Assembly: GCF_036321535.1 (NCBI RefSeq)
Contig: NC_087436.1
Location: 89,282,001 to 89,346,000, forward strand
Direction of reading: 5' to 3'
Origin: Camelus dromedarius
Taxonomy: Eukaryota
Length of the DNA stretch: 64,000 nt
Position numbers and translations under genes: made by a program. Of the stretch, positions 53,168-64,000 are shown piece by piece. Numbering within the stretch: the first letter of the stretch is position 1; each line of letters starts with the position of its first letter. A model generated the notes under the pieces. It saw nothing but the letters and a program-made list of their open reading frames with translations, was not told where the DNA came from and ran no database searches.

Positions 53168-53685
53168 TGAGGGGCCCAGAGCAGGCGGCCCCAAAATGTG
53201 CCTCAATGGCTACTGACTACTTTGAATTAGTTACTTAAAAAAGACCCAATGCAAGAGGGACGCTCTGAACCTCCCCCTCTCCTCCCTAAAAGCAGGGAAG
53301 ACATCTCTCATGTGAAAGGTGCACTCCCCGCCCGCGGAGGTAGAAGAGATGGGGGATTCTGGGCCGAGAAGTCTGCATAAACAAACCTTGCTGCTTCTTC
53401 AGTGTATGACCCGAAGCCCAAACTCCGTTTAGATTCTTCCAGAAGTAAGCACCCCAAACCTTTGTCCCTTCAAATCCTCACAAATTTATTGTTTTTCTGT
53501 CTGAAAAATAGAAAAGCTACCTGCTTTGCCCACTTCTTGGTCCCACTTCTGTGAGACCCCCCATGCCCACGAACTAAAATGTGTCTCTTTTTCTCCCATT
53601 AATCTGTTGTGCATCAATTCTGTTTTTTAAGTCCAGCCACAAGAACTCAAGAGAGGTAGAAGGGGAGATATTTTCCATCCTGACA
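53168..53685 (+). mobile_element. ERV1 solo LTR, MER34-like
   Basis: tgaggggcccagagcaggcggccccaaaatgtgcctc...tttttctcccattaatctg...aagaactcaagagaggtagaaggggagatattttccatcctgaca. Confidence 0.75.
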
Positions 53686-54438
53686 AAACCACTAAGAGGA
53701 CCATCTTGGAAGAAATGAGAATCTATTTCAGAGATGACATGAGACACCTCTGTGGACCACAAAGCATCCTACAACACAGATTTGGGCAATGAGCCAATAA
53801 ACTAAGAGTGGTATAACCTGACAGGTACGGGAGTGTTTGTGTTCACTCCCTAGACCCATGCTACACATTTTTGCCTTAGTTTTCAGCTTGACTTAGCATT
53901 TTGCCATTATCTGTACTTCAATGACGTTTTAGTTCTTCGTTGATGAAGTTCTGAATTCTGATTAGCTGAGTGCTTGTAATTTCCCTTTATAAACTAATAA
54001 TTTGCAACGATGCAATCCTTTCTCTAGCTTTTGACTTTTTCATATGTTTTAAAATCTTTTAATATAAAAGAATGTTTAAAAAATTTTTTTTAATATGGGT
54101 TGTTTTAGATAAGATAGCTTAAGAATTATGTAACCAATGACTTCCTTGAAGGAAACAGAAAAGATTTTTGGTAAGGAAGTTCCATTTCAAATACAAAGGA
54201 ATCACTAACCAATTCCCATAGAGCACAGATTTATCTTTCAACCACTGAATGTTTGGCTACGAATTCTCAACATTTGAAAAATGGAAAGAGGTTATCCTTA
54301 AAAATGTCTCTGTACTATTCACTATTTTGAGTTTAGCTAATTGTAAGAACTCTTCTTCATTTAACACAGTATTTAAAATCAAGGATGTTAAGACCATGGG
54401 GATAAACGAGTTCTTTCTAAATTGTCTTTATGTAAACA

Positions 54439-54928
54439 GTGTATTGGCACGGCAGATGGTTACGACACATCACTCCTGTGTCACGTCCTTTGGCAGTGTG
54501 ACTTGCTACTCTTCCCGTCAAGAGCGGGGATCTATTTCTTCACCTTTTTGTATCTGGGATAGCATTGTGGCTTGCTTTGATCAGTAGAATGTGGCAGAAG
54601 GTACACTGCAAACTCTCCCAGGCCTTAAGACACCTTGCGGCATCTGCTCTAGCCCTCTTGGAGCCTTGGACTACCATGCTATCGGGGTGAGAGTCCATCT
54701 GGAGGTGATAGGTCGAGCCAGCTTGAATCGCAGACGGGAATAAAGCCATCTCCATTGAATAAAGCCTTCAACTGAGTCATCAGATGACTGTGGCCACATG
54801 AGTGACTCTCAGTTACCCAGCAAAAGAGTCGCCCAGATCACCAACCCAGAGAATCTTGGGGAAAAAAAATATTGTTTTGAGACATTAGATTTTGGATTGA
54901 TTTGTTATGTAGCAACAATAATTAAATA
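54439..54928 (+). mobile_element. MaLR solo LTR, MLT1F/G/H-like
   Basis: cttgctttgatcagtagaatgtggcagaag...ggccttaagacaccttgcggcatctgctc...tttgttatgtagcaac. Confidence 0.8.
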
Positions 54929-55344
54929 ATTCATTATAATCTTGTCTTCCCTTGAAAAATAACATCTCCTGAGAAGTGATTTTTTTTTTTTGCAGAGAAC
55001 CTGTGGTTCTAAATTTGTTATTATACTAGTTCAATATACTGTTTCAAATTCTGTCAAATGTCAATATGGAAAGTACTTTTACTGTCATAAGCAATCTGTG
55101 AATTGATGAATACAGAACATTAAGTGTTGCATTAGTACAAAGTGAATTTTATTTACTGGTGAATCTTATTTTCACTTGTTTTGGAAGCAAAAAAAGTGTC
55201 TTAAAGATTAAGATATAGACAAAAGTCACAAAATCTAATATAGAATAATCTATTACCATAGGTTCTTTTCATTAAATCTCCAAAATCATGAGGGGGAAAT
55301 ACTATGTAATTGGCTGACAAATTTTTATTACAGGTATTTTTTTA

Positions 55345-55625
55345 ATCATCTATGAGAATGAAAATATTAGATCTAGATGGAATTTTAGAGATTACCGAGT
55401 AGTGACAAGGTCAACTCTCATTTTAGAGATTAGGAAATGGAGGAAAAGTGAATTAGGTGTCTTACCCAAAATCATGTAATAAGGTACCTAAAATCACGTA
55501 ATAAGTTACTGCATCATCTCAAATGAAGAGAAACAGAGACACATTTATAACCTGCCCCCGTCCCATAGCCAGTAAGTGGCAGTTACAGTTAAACCTGGTT
55601 CTGTCGACGTGGAACCCAAGAGCAC
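55345..55625 (-). mobile_element. MIR/MIR3 fragments
   Basis: ctagatggaattttagagattacc...ctcattttagagattaggaaatggagg...ttacccaaaatca. Confidence 0.5.
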
Positions 55626-55955
55626 AGGCCAGTTTAAAGGTAGAAATGGACGATGACTGGCCCTGCCTCATCTTTAAGGGGACTTTTCCTGGCTTTTCCA
55701 GGGAACACTCTGGGTGCCTGAGCTATGCCATTTATGACTCACTCTAAATCCCTTAGAACTAGAAACAGAGTTAAGCCTGAAGGATGAGGAGCTCAGAATC
55801 AGGCAGTGTGAGAAGCCTCAGACTAATCATAGCTACCATTACAAAATTCTATTTTGTGCCAAGTGCTATGCTAAATGCTTCTGTGAATTGTATAAACTGA
55901 CTCTAGGGAAAGATTACTGATGTCAGCGCTGGTTATTCAGCCCATCCAAACCCAC

Positions 55956-55990
55956 AGAGAGAGAGCGAGAGAGCGAGAGAGAGGGAGAGA
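55956..55990. repeat. Imperfect (GA)n microsatellite
   Basis: agagagagagcgagagagcgagagagagggagag. Confidence 0.8.
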
Positions 55991-58124
55991 ACCTGCATCA
56001 GGGATGCTTTAGTATCTTGCATGTGCTTTTACTGGGTGTTGACACTGAAACGCAGGGCTGAGCAAGTGTGGTTTGAAGGCACATGTGAGGGTGAACAATA
56101 ATCAGGTTTAGCCAGTTCAGCAGCGCTAAGTTATACTGATCACCAATAGAAGATCTAGAAGATCCCCCCCAAAAAAGTCCAGCTTCCCTGTGTTTGCCTT
56201 ACAAAGCCAAAACCACATATTGGCAGAAGCATTCCCACAGAAGGCTGAAATAGAAACAGCGTGACATTTCAGTCCAACACATTCTATTTATTTAAGCTGT
56301 TATTGATGTTTGTCCTTGAGACTTTTAATTTAATTTATCCTCCATGAAAGAAACCACAGCTACTTTACATTCATATTGATGACTTACTCTAAGAATTCCT
56401 TTTGATTAAAAAATGATCAGTTTTAATTTAAAGGAATCAAACTGTATTCCTTTTCTATTGTTTTTTCCTTTATGGATGAGTTTTGTTTTTTTTTTTTCCT
56501 ATGAGGCAATACAATGTTCCAGCCCATACCCAGGGAGGGGCTGGGAGACAGAGTGAGCTGGCTGGGGGCCTTGAGCAGGTGGCTGATGGTGCAGACTCTC
56601 TAGTGAGGTACGTTTTGCTCAGAACAGACTAGATGAGTGGAGACTTAGGGGGAATCCAGAACAATTGCTGAGTGGTGAGTTGTAAAAAAAAGTCAGGGCA
56701 GCATCTTTAACAGGTCCAAGTTTCCCAGGGTGGGATCAAAATTCCAAAGAACAAGTAAGCCAGGGCTTAGTGAGCTCTGGTGCGGAGCAGGGAGATGGAG
56801 TCTTGGGGTGGGGATGTGTAGCTGGCAATGTGAGGGAACTGCCTCGGTCGACATTGTATGCCTGACCAAGAGACTATCTCAGAGGGCCCCCTTTTAATCA
56901 CTGATCAGTTTGCCTGGGCGAGCCTCTAACCCCAGGCCTTACTTGTGAAGCTTTTGATGCATATTTGTTACTTTATTATGATCGTCAGTGGGCAAATTAG
57001 ATGGAACATATAGTTATTGGCTTTAGAAGAGCATATATTTCAGAAAATGAGGCATTAAGACAAGCTGCAAGTTACTACAAATTAAAAGACGCTCAGGTAA
57101 ATTTTGCCCACTTTGTCCTCATATATCATTCATTTGTGTACATTCATATGTGTAACTAACAACAGTATCAAGAATGGAAAGTCTAAAACACACAGTGGGA
57201 ATCATAGTCAGTGCCACCCACCAACTGAAACGACCTGCTTTGCAGAGCGGAGGACATTATCAAGGCCTGAGTTTCCAGTCATCATTAAATCATTCGAACG
57301 CATCTGTTACAAGACTAATGGTCTCCTAAATTTATCTAGTGTTATATTTATTCAGGTGTGCTTTCAAAAGGCTTGTTGGAAGTAGGGTAATCTGTCCTTT
57401 TTTTCTTTTCCTTTGTAAAAGCATACTATCAATCAAGACATTTCTGCAGCATTTCAGCAGGAGAGATCAGGGCAGCCTATTCTTCATGAATATCTGATAA
57501 TTTCACATACTCTATTGCATTTAATCTTCCATTACAGGCAGTATTAAAGTGAATTCCCTGACCTCCGCATAAGCTTAGCTGTCTCTGGAATTGGTGATGC
57601 CAATAGAAGTTCAGAATGACCTTATTTATAAAGACAGAACATTGTGATGAACAAGATTGTTCTTCTAGAAATAAGAATCTAGACATTCTCAGGTATTTAT
57701 GAAGTAAGGTGCTACCTATTCTGCATATATAAATGAAACACATGCATGATATTTTAGGGAAGAGAGACCTTAGAAATACTGTATCTCAACACCCCTGTTT
57801 GAAATGAAAAAACTAAGGCTCATGGACATTAGTGATGTGCCAAGGTCTGGGGCAGAGCACAGACTCCTGAACAATCATACTTCTTGCTGCAAATGAGAGG
57901 CATGTCTTACAGATGGTAGGTGAAATAATTTTAAGTCATTTTAAGTCATTCAGGAGATAGAGAATGACATAGTGAGAAAATTACTCTCTTTTTAAATATC
58001 TTGCAATACTTCCGGTTTATGTCTAGTGGAAAGCCTTGGTGCAAAGCTGGTGTAATTTTTAATGCTTCTGTAATATCTACTAGTCTCTGATTTTAACAAG
58101 GAGAATAGGTCAGAGGCATTGCAA

Positions 58125-58376
58125 GCAGTGGCATCTAGCTAGAACTTAATGACATTATTTTTTATTGAATTTATTTTTTAAATTATCTTCTATTTCTCAA
58201 AGTGATATTTGTTTTCCATTTACAACAGTGATATAAAGTTTCTTTTTAAAAACAAATTAATTTTGGTAACAAAATACAGCTGAAATAAAATATTATGTAA
58301 ATAATAGCTTAAGTAATCCTCAGTTATTACAAAAATCATGAAAGTGACAGCAGATGACTAAAGTTGAGTGGAACCA
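58125..58376 (+). mobile_element. hAT-Charlie element end (MER20B-like)
   Basis: gttttccatttacaacagtgatataaagtttctttttaaaa...aaataatag...caaaaatcatgaaagtgacagcagatgactaaagttg. Confidence 0.55.
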
Positions 58377-58613
58377 AATATGTCAATATCATTTATACTA
58401 CTAACTCTAAATTTATAAATTCTTACATTTGGATAACTTCATGTGTTATCCAAAGTTATTTGCTACTTAATAATTTCGTAAAATAAATAAAGCAAGCATT
58501 GCCATCTCTATTTTTTCAGAGGAAAATAATGAAGCACAGAAAAATAAACAGACTTATATATAATCACAAAACAAACAAACGAAAGAGCCCCAAGAAAACT
58601 TAAATTCATTTTC

Positions 58614-59599
58614 TCCAATATACAAATGGCTTATACAACTTAACAAAAAAACCCAAGCAATCCAATCCAAAATTGACCAAAAAATCTAAACAAGCAATTC
58701 TCCAATGAAGACAAACAAATGGCCAATAAGTACATGAAAAATTGCTCAATATCACTAATTATCAGAGAAATGAAAATCAAAACTACAATGAGGTATCCTC
58801 TTATACCAGTCAGAATGGCCATTATTCAAACGTCCACAAACGATCAATGCTGGAGAGGGTGTGGAGAAAAGGGAACCCTCCTACATTGTTGGTGGAATGC
58901 AGTTTGGTGCAGCCACTATGAAAAACAGTTTGGAGATTCCTCAAAAAACTAAAAATAGACTTACCCTATGATCCAGCAATCCTACTCCTGGGCATATATA
59001 CAGAGGGAACTCTAATTCAAAAAGATAAATGCACCCTAATGTTCACAGCAGCATTATATACAATAACCAAGACATAGGAAATAACCTAAATGCCCATCAA
59101 CAGAGGACTGGATAAAGAAGTTGTGGTATATTTATACAATGGAATCCTACTCGGCCATAAAAAAGAATAAGATAATGCCATTTGCAGCAGCATGGATGGA
59201 TCATCATTCTAAGTGAAATAAGCCAGAAAAAGAAAGAAAACTACCATATGATATCACTCATATGTGGAAGCTAAAAAAGAAAAAAGAAGACACTAATGAA
59301 CTCATCTGTGAAACAGAAATAGACTCACAGACATAATGAACAATCTTATGGTTACTAGGGGGAAAGGGGATGGGAAGGGACAAATTGGGAGTTCAAGATT
59401 TGCAAATATTAACTACTATGTATAAAAATAGATAAACAAGTTTCTTTTGAATAGCACAGGAACTATATTCAATATCTTACAATAACCTACAATGAAAAAG
59501 AATATAAAAATGAATATATGTATGTATATGTATGACTGAAACATTATGCTATATATGAGAAATTGACACATTATAACTTAGTGTACTTCAATATTAAAA
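58614..59599 (+). mobile_element. About 1-kb 5'-truncated L1 with 12-bp TSD (camelid-like subfamily)
   Basis: TSD aaattcattttc at 58602-58613 and 59600-59611; ORF 58719-58952 encodes the ORF2 C-terminal Cys-rich segment [16 protein letters not shown]. Confidence 0.95.
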
Positions 59600-59892
59600 A
59601 AATTCATTTTCAACAGAGTTTATTCTGCCTGGTAGACAGCCCATTCTTTCAGCCAGAAGGAGTCTTGTCTCACTAGTCAATGAAAATGGAAAGTTTACTA
59701 TAGAAAATAGCCAGTAGGTATTGATTGGATTTTCATGGGTTCTAATGTCTAATACTAGGGGAAAAGCCATTGTAGTACCTCCTGTCTAGAATATTCAATA
59801 TATTAAAATTGGATAAAGTGAGCTTCCATCAACCATTGAGCAAGAGGGAAATGAAGGAGGAGCGTTATACTTTTCAATGTATAACACTATGA

Positions 59893-59997
59893 TTCTTTCT
59901 TTTCTTTTCTTGTTTCTTTTCTTTTCTTGTTTCTTTTCTCTTCTTTTCTTTTCTTTTCTTCTCTTTTCTTTTCTTTTCCTTTCTTTTCTTTTCTTTT
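59893..59997. repeat. (TTTTC)n polypyrimidine simple repeat
   Basis: Directly visible. Confidence 0.9.
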
Positions 59998-60781
59998 GAC
60001 TGTGACATCATGGGCAGGTTGATTTGGGTTTCTTTGCTGCTTGTTGGCTAGTGAAGGCGAATGTACCCCACACAGGAGAAATTTGATGCTGACAGATGTC
60101 TGGTGGCAGTGAGACTGCAGCAGCACTACTTCCGGGATAACGAGAGCTGCCCTAACACTGTGATTCCTGAACACAAAAATCACGCACCTTATTTGAATGT
60201 TTATAGAACTGCACAAAGAGACTGCATTGTGTAAAATTTAGAGAATAAAAAGAAGCAAATGTAATAATAAATGTGTGAATTAGACTAATCACCTGCCTTG
60301 TGTCAAGTTTATACAAGCTACTTGATATGCATTATCTCATTGAAGGTTATTTTAATTCTGTGAGGGAAGAAAATGAATTTAAATGCCAGGCCTTGGGTCT
60401 ATTGAATAGTGCCTCAGTATTTGCATAAACACACCTCCTCCATTGCTGCATCCCCATAATGATCTGGGGGGAAAAATCTGATTTTTGTGGCTATCGTTGA
60501 TCCATTTAACACTTTGGGTCTTAGTTTTGGACAGTTTTTCAGAGGTATCAAAGGCTGCATTATGTCATCTTAAGCTGGGATGATTTTTAATTCACAATAT
60601 TTCATTCCTCAGGATCACCATTCATTGTAAAACATAATCTTACAGGATTAGAGTTAAGTCCTCTTCTTTTTCATCCTGGCTTTTGGATACTGTTCGGACT
60701 GTAAGGACACGTCCCCCTGATGTACTCATCTTGCATATTGAGTGGATTTCACACTGTTGGTAAGCAGAGCTTGAGCGCTTT

Positions 60782-61438
60782 TATTAGAGCAGGCAGATAG
60801 CTCGCTATGAGCCGAGAAAGGGGGACACAGACCAAATGGCAGGAATTGCGCAGAAAGGAGGGGCACAGGCCAAATGCAGGAAACCACACATCATGTAAAC
60901 AACAGGGGTCCCTGCGCAGAGAAAGAAAAGCAGGAACCTCTGGGCTGATAAGTGGTCACAAATTTTGGAGTGATGAGAGGCCTGGAGGCTGACAAAGAAA
61001 GGTGAGGAAAGGCAGGAATCTCCAGTGTCCAAATATAACATTTTGCTCTTTATGCCCTCATTTCAATAAAATAATCCTTGCAGATTGTAAGTACCCATCA
61101 TGCACCGATGTCACGACACTTCAGATCCAGACTAAATAAGGACAAAAATCCCTCCTCCCTTTAGGAAGGTGGAATTAGGATGAAAACCAGGGAATACAAC
61201 CCCAAATCCTTCCCTCTCTAAACAATACTCCTCCCATTCACTTTCACACTCTGTGTAACCAACGTGCCAATGAAACTCGGGGCCGCCACTCCCCTGAGCC
61301 TGCCCGCTCTCCCCTTGAGAGTGTACTATCCATCCCTGAATACATCCCCACTTTACTTTGCTAACCTCTGCGTCTTGTCTCTGAATTCTTTCTGGGATGG
61401 GACAAGAACCTGCACATGGGCTATATCTTCTGGCAACA
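60782..61438 (+). mobile_element. ERV1 solo LTR, MER41-like
   Basis: Starts tattagagcaggcagatagc...; ends gtcttgtctctgaattctttctgggatgggacaagaacc...ggcaaca, typical of MER41/MER4-group LTRs. Confidence 0.75.
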
Positions 61439-62069
61439 GTCTGAACTGTGAAGACAGACATCTCGGCAAATTCTCTTTGTGCTGAACCACAAAACTGCAA
61501 ATAGGAGTGTGGTGGGAGAGGCACCTCCCCGCTCCTCTCTGAGCCTAAACGTCTCCCCCACCAGACTGGTAGAGCATTCACAAGACCTTCAGGGTCATTG
61601 TTTTTGATTAAGAAATTTGTCTCTTGAAGGTCTTATTAAAAAGAACAAGAGTTACCTAGGAGAGATTACACAGCAGTCCCTGCTAATATGTTCATTTATC
61701 ATAATATGCCGCATTTCTATGACACTTAATACTTCAGACTTACTTCTCTCTCTCATCCTGCTAACTCCTCACATGTCAGAGCTGACAGAACACTATGATT
61801 AGTTCCATTTCTCACGGGAGGAGCTGGATGGGTCTGCCATTCGCCATGTGTGTGGAACTAATTTGTGGCAGGATGGGGCCCTCGTTCTTTGCTGAGTGGC
61901 CCGGTCTCTTCCTATGCAGAGAGTGGGGCCCTGAAGGGACTGGACACTTAGGGTGAAAAGATGAACTGGAGGTTGAAAGTTTGGAGACTTTTGGACGGAG
62001 GGAATGAACCATAGAAAAGCCGGATGGAGGGTGACAAGGACGAGGGGCCCAGAGATGAAATTACATTGT

Positions 62070-62290
62070 GCTAGGGTGTTAGAGCTGGAAGATACCCTTG
62101 GGCTCACGAGTCTCATGCTCTCATTTTACAGATGATCAAAGTGAGGGCTGTAAGACAGACGAAGAAGCCAACCAGATGATGCACAGGAAAGAAAGAAGGA
62201 GCTGAAATAAATAAACTAAATATAAATAAAAATAAATAAAAGTCAGGCCTCCCAGCTTCACACACTCTGCTCTTCCACTTGCCCTACAGC
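62070..62290 (-). mobile_element. MIR/MIR3 SINE
   Basis: gttagagctggaagataccctt...ctcattttacagatgatcaaagtgaggg...tgctcttccact. Confidence 0.6.
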
Positions 62291-63415
62291 TTTGCTCCAG
62301 GCTGGTATTTTAGAAGAGATTTAAATTAGGTTGCTTTCAATGTAAATAGCGAAAAATCAGGGTGTGGAAGTGGCTATTTGTATGAAAAGCATAAGAATGT
62401 CAGGTAAGAGAAAAATGTGAAGAAGAAAAAAAAGGCAAAGAACCACCTAAATGTGCAAGGAGACACGAATCCCTTAAATTTTTCCAGCGACTGATACTAC
62501 AGCAATATTTCTTATCATTAATTAAAAAATGAGCCTAAGAGACTTTGGAAAAACTCTGCTCTGCGGGTCTTTGAGAAGCTAATTTTTTAGCAAAGGGCAA
62601 ACAGGGAAGCAAGTATCTCATGTGGTTCCCTCATAATTTATTTAGAAGGGTGTGATATTCTGTAGGCAAACTCTTCCTTGAGTGATTGTGTTTTTCTTAG
62701 CATGATTGAGAGAATGTGGAGTATTTTTAGTGAGTGTTTTGACAGGCTACACTTGGCATTTTGTAAATAATAGAAAACTTGCTGATTGTACATTCTACTC
62801 AAAATATATTTGCCTCAAGGGAACATAATGCAGATGACACGGAATAAGAAAAACAGCTATTCTACGGCTATTTCATGTTCCACTTCAGCTCACTATTTGT
62901 GTTCCAAGCTCCAGGTGGATGACCTAAGGAGGTCATCCTTGCCAGGTAGATCGCTTAATGTGTATTGTGTGTAAAATTTCCTTGAATGGTTTGTGGCCTA
63001 AGTCTAGTCAAAAAAGAAATCTAGGTCCCAACAAGCTGAGGAATAAGGGAGTAAATATTAACCTTATCCAGAAACCCAGGTCTTTAAATCGGAATGCAGT
63101 GATGCCCATGGTAAGATACACCAACTTTGGAGACTCGGGTACATTTCAATTTCTGATAAAGTTCCACTGTACTTCCAGGTTTATGTAACCAGCTTAGTGC
63201 TGTGTGGGGTTTGTTTGGGGAGAAGGTAGAGAGGAAGTGATACTTAGGGACTGGCTGTGGAAGTTTGGGAGAAAAAGAACTGGTTCGATTGGCCTGGCAG
63301 ATGGTATGCCGCACGGAGATGATTCTATAGCCTAACTCGTGGTATGAGAGGTAGTCAACTCATGATTTGATCTCCAAGCTGGGATCCCAGTACTGGGCCA
63401 AGAAGAAAGCAAAGT

Positions 63416-63834
63416 TGTCTTTGGTCTGCTTCCTTAGAAGCAGAGCCTAAAATAGGGCTTCTTGGAAAAATGATTTTTAAGAGAAGGTACTCAGAAAGGC
63501 AGCAAGAGAAGCAGGAATCTGCTAGGAAAAACAGCTAAGCAAGTATGTCATCTCTTGGATGGAGAAAAGCCTTAGTCTGTCCCACATCCTGGAACACAGA
63601 TTGCACAAGAGAGTTGGTCCCACTTTGTGGCCAGAAAGCTGCCTTTTTAAAATTATTGACAGCTGGCCACTGGGAGTGGTTGGTAACCTCTCAGGCAAGA
63701 ACCCCACCAGACCAAGGGCAATTGTCCAGAGAAGGGGGCCACTGGGAGCCTTTGCAGCAACATTCCTAGTTGCTTGGGAATGAATTCACCAGCCTCCTCT
63801 AAGGGGTTTAGGCTGGATACCAACAGCCTAGACA
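63416..63834 (-). mobile_element. ERVL solo LTR, LTR33-like
   Basis: tgtctttggtctgcttccttagaagcagagcctaaaataggg...tgatttttaagagaagg...ccaacagcctagaca (antisense LTR33). Confidence 0.7.
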
Positions 63835-64000
63835 GGCTGGTAAACCAGTCCAGTTGTAGGAGTGCCTCACAAAGGGAACAGCCTGGAGTCTGTATTTAAA
63901 AGAACATATGGAAGTCCTGTTTTATCTAAGCTGGTTTGTACTCAAGGGACATCTAGCTGGTCTAGTCCTGAGACAAAGCAGTGGGAATCTCCAAGCAAGT

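Noticed and set aside
58719..58952. Cys/His-rich ORF resembling a zinc-binding protein
   Set aside because: It is the frameshifted L1 ORF2 C-terminus of a truncated L1, not a host gene.
59887..60216. ORF with a Lys/Glu/Arg-rich tail
   Set aside because: The tail is the translated (GAAAA)n simple repeat.
61132..61581. 149-aa minus-strand ORF
   Set aside because: It is mostly antisense to the MER41-like LTR and shows no gag/pol/env resemblance.
1..64000. CRISPR arrays, tRNA/rRNA genes, CpG island, internal proviral genes, prokaryote-type systems
   Set aside because: I saw no regularly spaced repeat-spacer units, no recognisable tRNA or rRNA, CpG depletion throughout and only solo LTRs; the sequence is mammalian.

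Overview
This is AT-rich mammalian non-coding DNA (intronic or intergenic). I found no recognisable protein-coding gene, RNA gene, CRISPR array or CpG island. About half is interspersed repeat: ancient L2, MIR, L3/CR1, HAL1 and L1M fossils; MaLR, ERVL and ERV1 solo LTRs (MLT1, MLT2, LTR33, LTR41, MER34-like, MER41-like); hAT and Tigger DNA elements (MER5, MER20, MER53, Tigger2-type); and five younger 5'-truncated L1s with cetartiodactyl-type 3' UTRs. Those L1 tails, with no ruminant Bov-A/BovB, pig PRE-1 or CHR SINEs seen, suggest a camelid (inference). The ORF track is mostly chance ORFs; only the L1 ORF2 remnants are real protein fossils. I see no strong evidence for a novel biological system. 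The best leads are a probable L1-retroposed ERV-LTR transcript end inside an L2 (46.4 kb), a well-formed minus-strand candidate exon (4350-4438) plus a + strand bias of young L1s/LTRs suggesting a minus-strand host transcript, a tandem CTCF motif in LTR41, and IRF/ISRE motifs. Repeat names come from recalled consensus resemblance, not a database search, and boundaries are approximate unless a TSD is given.
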